Shown: positions 63,484-64,000 of the stretch, in pieces
Layout: every line of letters starts with the position of its first letter
Numbering within the stretch: position 1 is the first letter of the stretch
DNA from: Acutalibacteraceae bacterium
Lineage (GTDB): Bacteria; Bacillota; Clostridia; Oscillospirales; Acutalibacteraceae
Reading direction: 5' to 3'
Length of the DNA stretch: 64,000 nt
Assembly (NCBI GenBank): GCA_045659145.1
Contig: JAZOWI010000023.1
Location: forward strand, 3,669 to 67,668
Notes under the pieces: model-generated
Seen by the model: the letters and a program-made list of their open reading frames with translations, nothing else
Databases searched by the model: none
What the model was told of the DNA's origin: nothing
Program-made: the position numbers and the translations under genes

Positions 63484-64000
63484 TTATCTTTCTTTCGTCA
63501 ACGACGCCACATTCTCCACGTGGGCGGTACGGGGAAACAGATCCACCGGCTGTACCCACTGGGTGCGATAGCCCTTCTCGGCAAACAGGCGCAGATCCCG
63601 CGCCAGAGTGGCGGGATCGCAGGATACGTAGACCACCCGCTCCGGCGCCATCTCTGCCACGGTATCAATGAGATCGGGGGAACAGCCTTTGCGGGGCGGA
63701 TCCAAAATGACCACATCGGGATGGGTGCCTTCCTTTTTCAGTTGTGCCGCCGCCTGCACCGCATCGGCGCAGATAAAGCGGGCATTGCGAATGTGATTGG
63801 CGGCGGCATTCCGTCGGGCATCCCGCACCGCCGCCTCCACCACCTCCACACCGATGACGCAACCGGCGGTGTGAGCCATGGAAAGGCCGATGGTGCCGGT
63901 GCCGCAATACAGATCCAGCAGGGTCTCCTTGCCGGTGAGGCCTGCTGCCTGCGCCGCCAGACGGTACAGCTTCTCCGTCTGGGCGTGGTTGACCTGATAG
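63484..64000 (-). CDS. Second RumA/TrmA-family RNA (uracil-5)-methyltransferase, C-terminal part; gene continues past the right edge
   Basis: The frame stays open upstream of the track's Met. Manual translation reads ..YQVNHAQTEKLYRLAAQAAGLTGKETLLDLYCGTGTIGLSMAHTAG.. then DPPRKG and VVYVSCDPATLARD. Confidence 0.8.
   Translation of the reverse strand, partial: YQVNHAQTEKLYRLAAQAAGLTGKETLLDLYCGTGTIGLSMAHTAGCVIGVEVVEAAVRDARRNAAANHIRNARFICADAVQAAAQLKKEGTHPDVVILDPPRKGCSPDLIDTVAEMAPERVVYVSCDPATLARDLRLFAEKGYRTQWVQPVDLFPRTAHVENVASLTKER

Overview
This 64-kb window looks like a moderately GC-rich Firmicutes/Clostridia-type genome. It has AGGAGG-type RBSs, lipoprotein solute-binding proteins, choline-binding-type cell-wall repeats and a T-box. 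Almost all genes are on the minus strand, and there are no integrases, transposases, CRISPR arrays or phage genes.

**Left end (1-8.2 kb).** An arylpyruvate/indolepyruvate ferredoxin oxidoreductase cluster runs ANL-type acyl-CoA ligase, iorA, iorB, then a Phe-specifier T-box with its own promoter, a PaaK-type phenylacetate-CoA ligase and an ACT protein. It is divergent from a Na+/solute symporter. The two divergent promoters are mirror-image near-identical copies separated by phased T-tracts.

**Centre (8.2-59.3 kb).** This is a large accessory extracellular-glycan locus.
- A secreted CBMx3-EEP-CE2-like esterase.
- An AraC regulator divergent from an SGNH / DUF4886-like / AAE-transporter operon.
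- Four paralogues of an unclassified clan GH-A-like TIM-barrel catalytic module. Each is coupled to the same tandem CBM-like pair: three times as the adjacent downstream gene and once as a single fused 1202-aa protein. Anchoring is by Cys-containing cell-wall-binding repeats or by a shared, unassigned ~140-aa C-terminal domain.
- Three tandem near-identical SBP lipoproteins with long acidic/basic tethers that carry a 12-nt coding VNTR.
- A 15-kb operon: GH2, a 1013-aa SBP, 2 permeases, an NHL-TPR-Yip1 fusion, a 748-aa lipoprotein, 2 permeases and GH130, with no ATPase gene.
- Several phospho-hydrolases (2 metallophosphoesterases, 2 histidine phosphatases, 1 HAD).

**Right end.** tRNA-Trp, tRNA(CAU), a MATE efflux pump, a membrane-anchored metallophosphoesterase and two tandem RumA-type RNA methyltransferases.

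Many very long plus-strand ORFs in the track are codon-register antisense shadows and are rejected. All family assignments come from motif recognition by eye; no database search was run.
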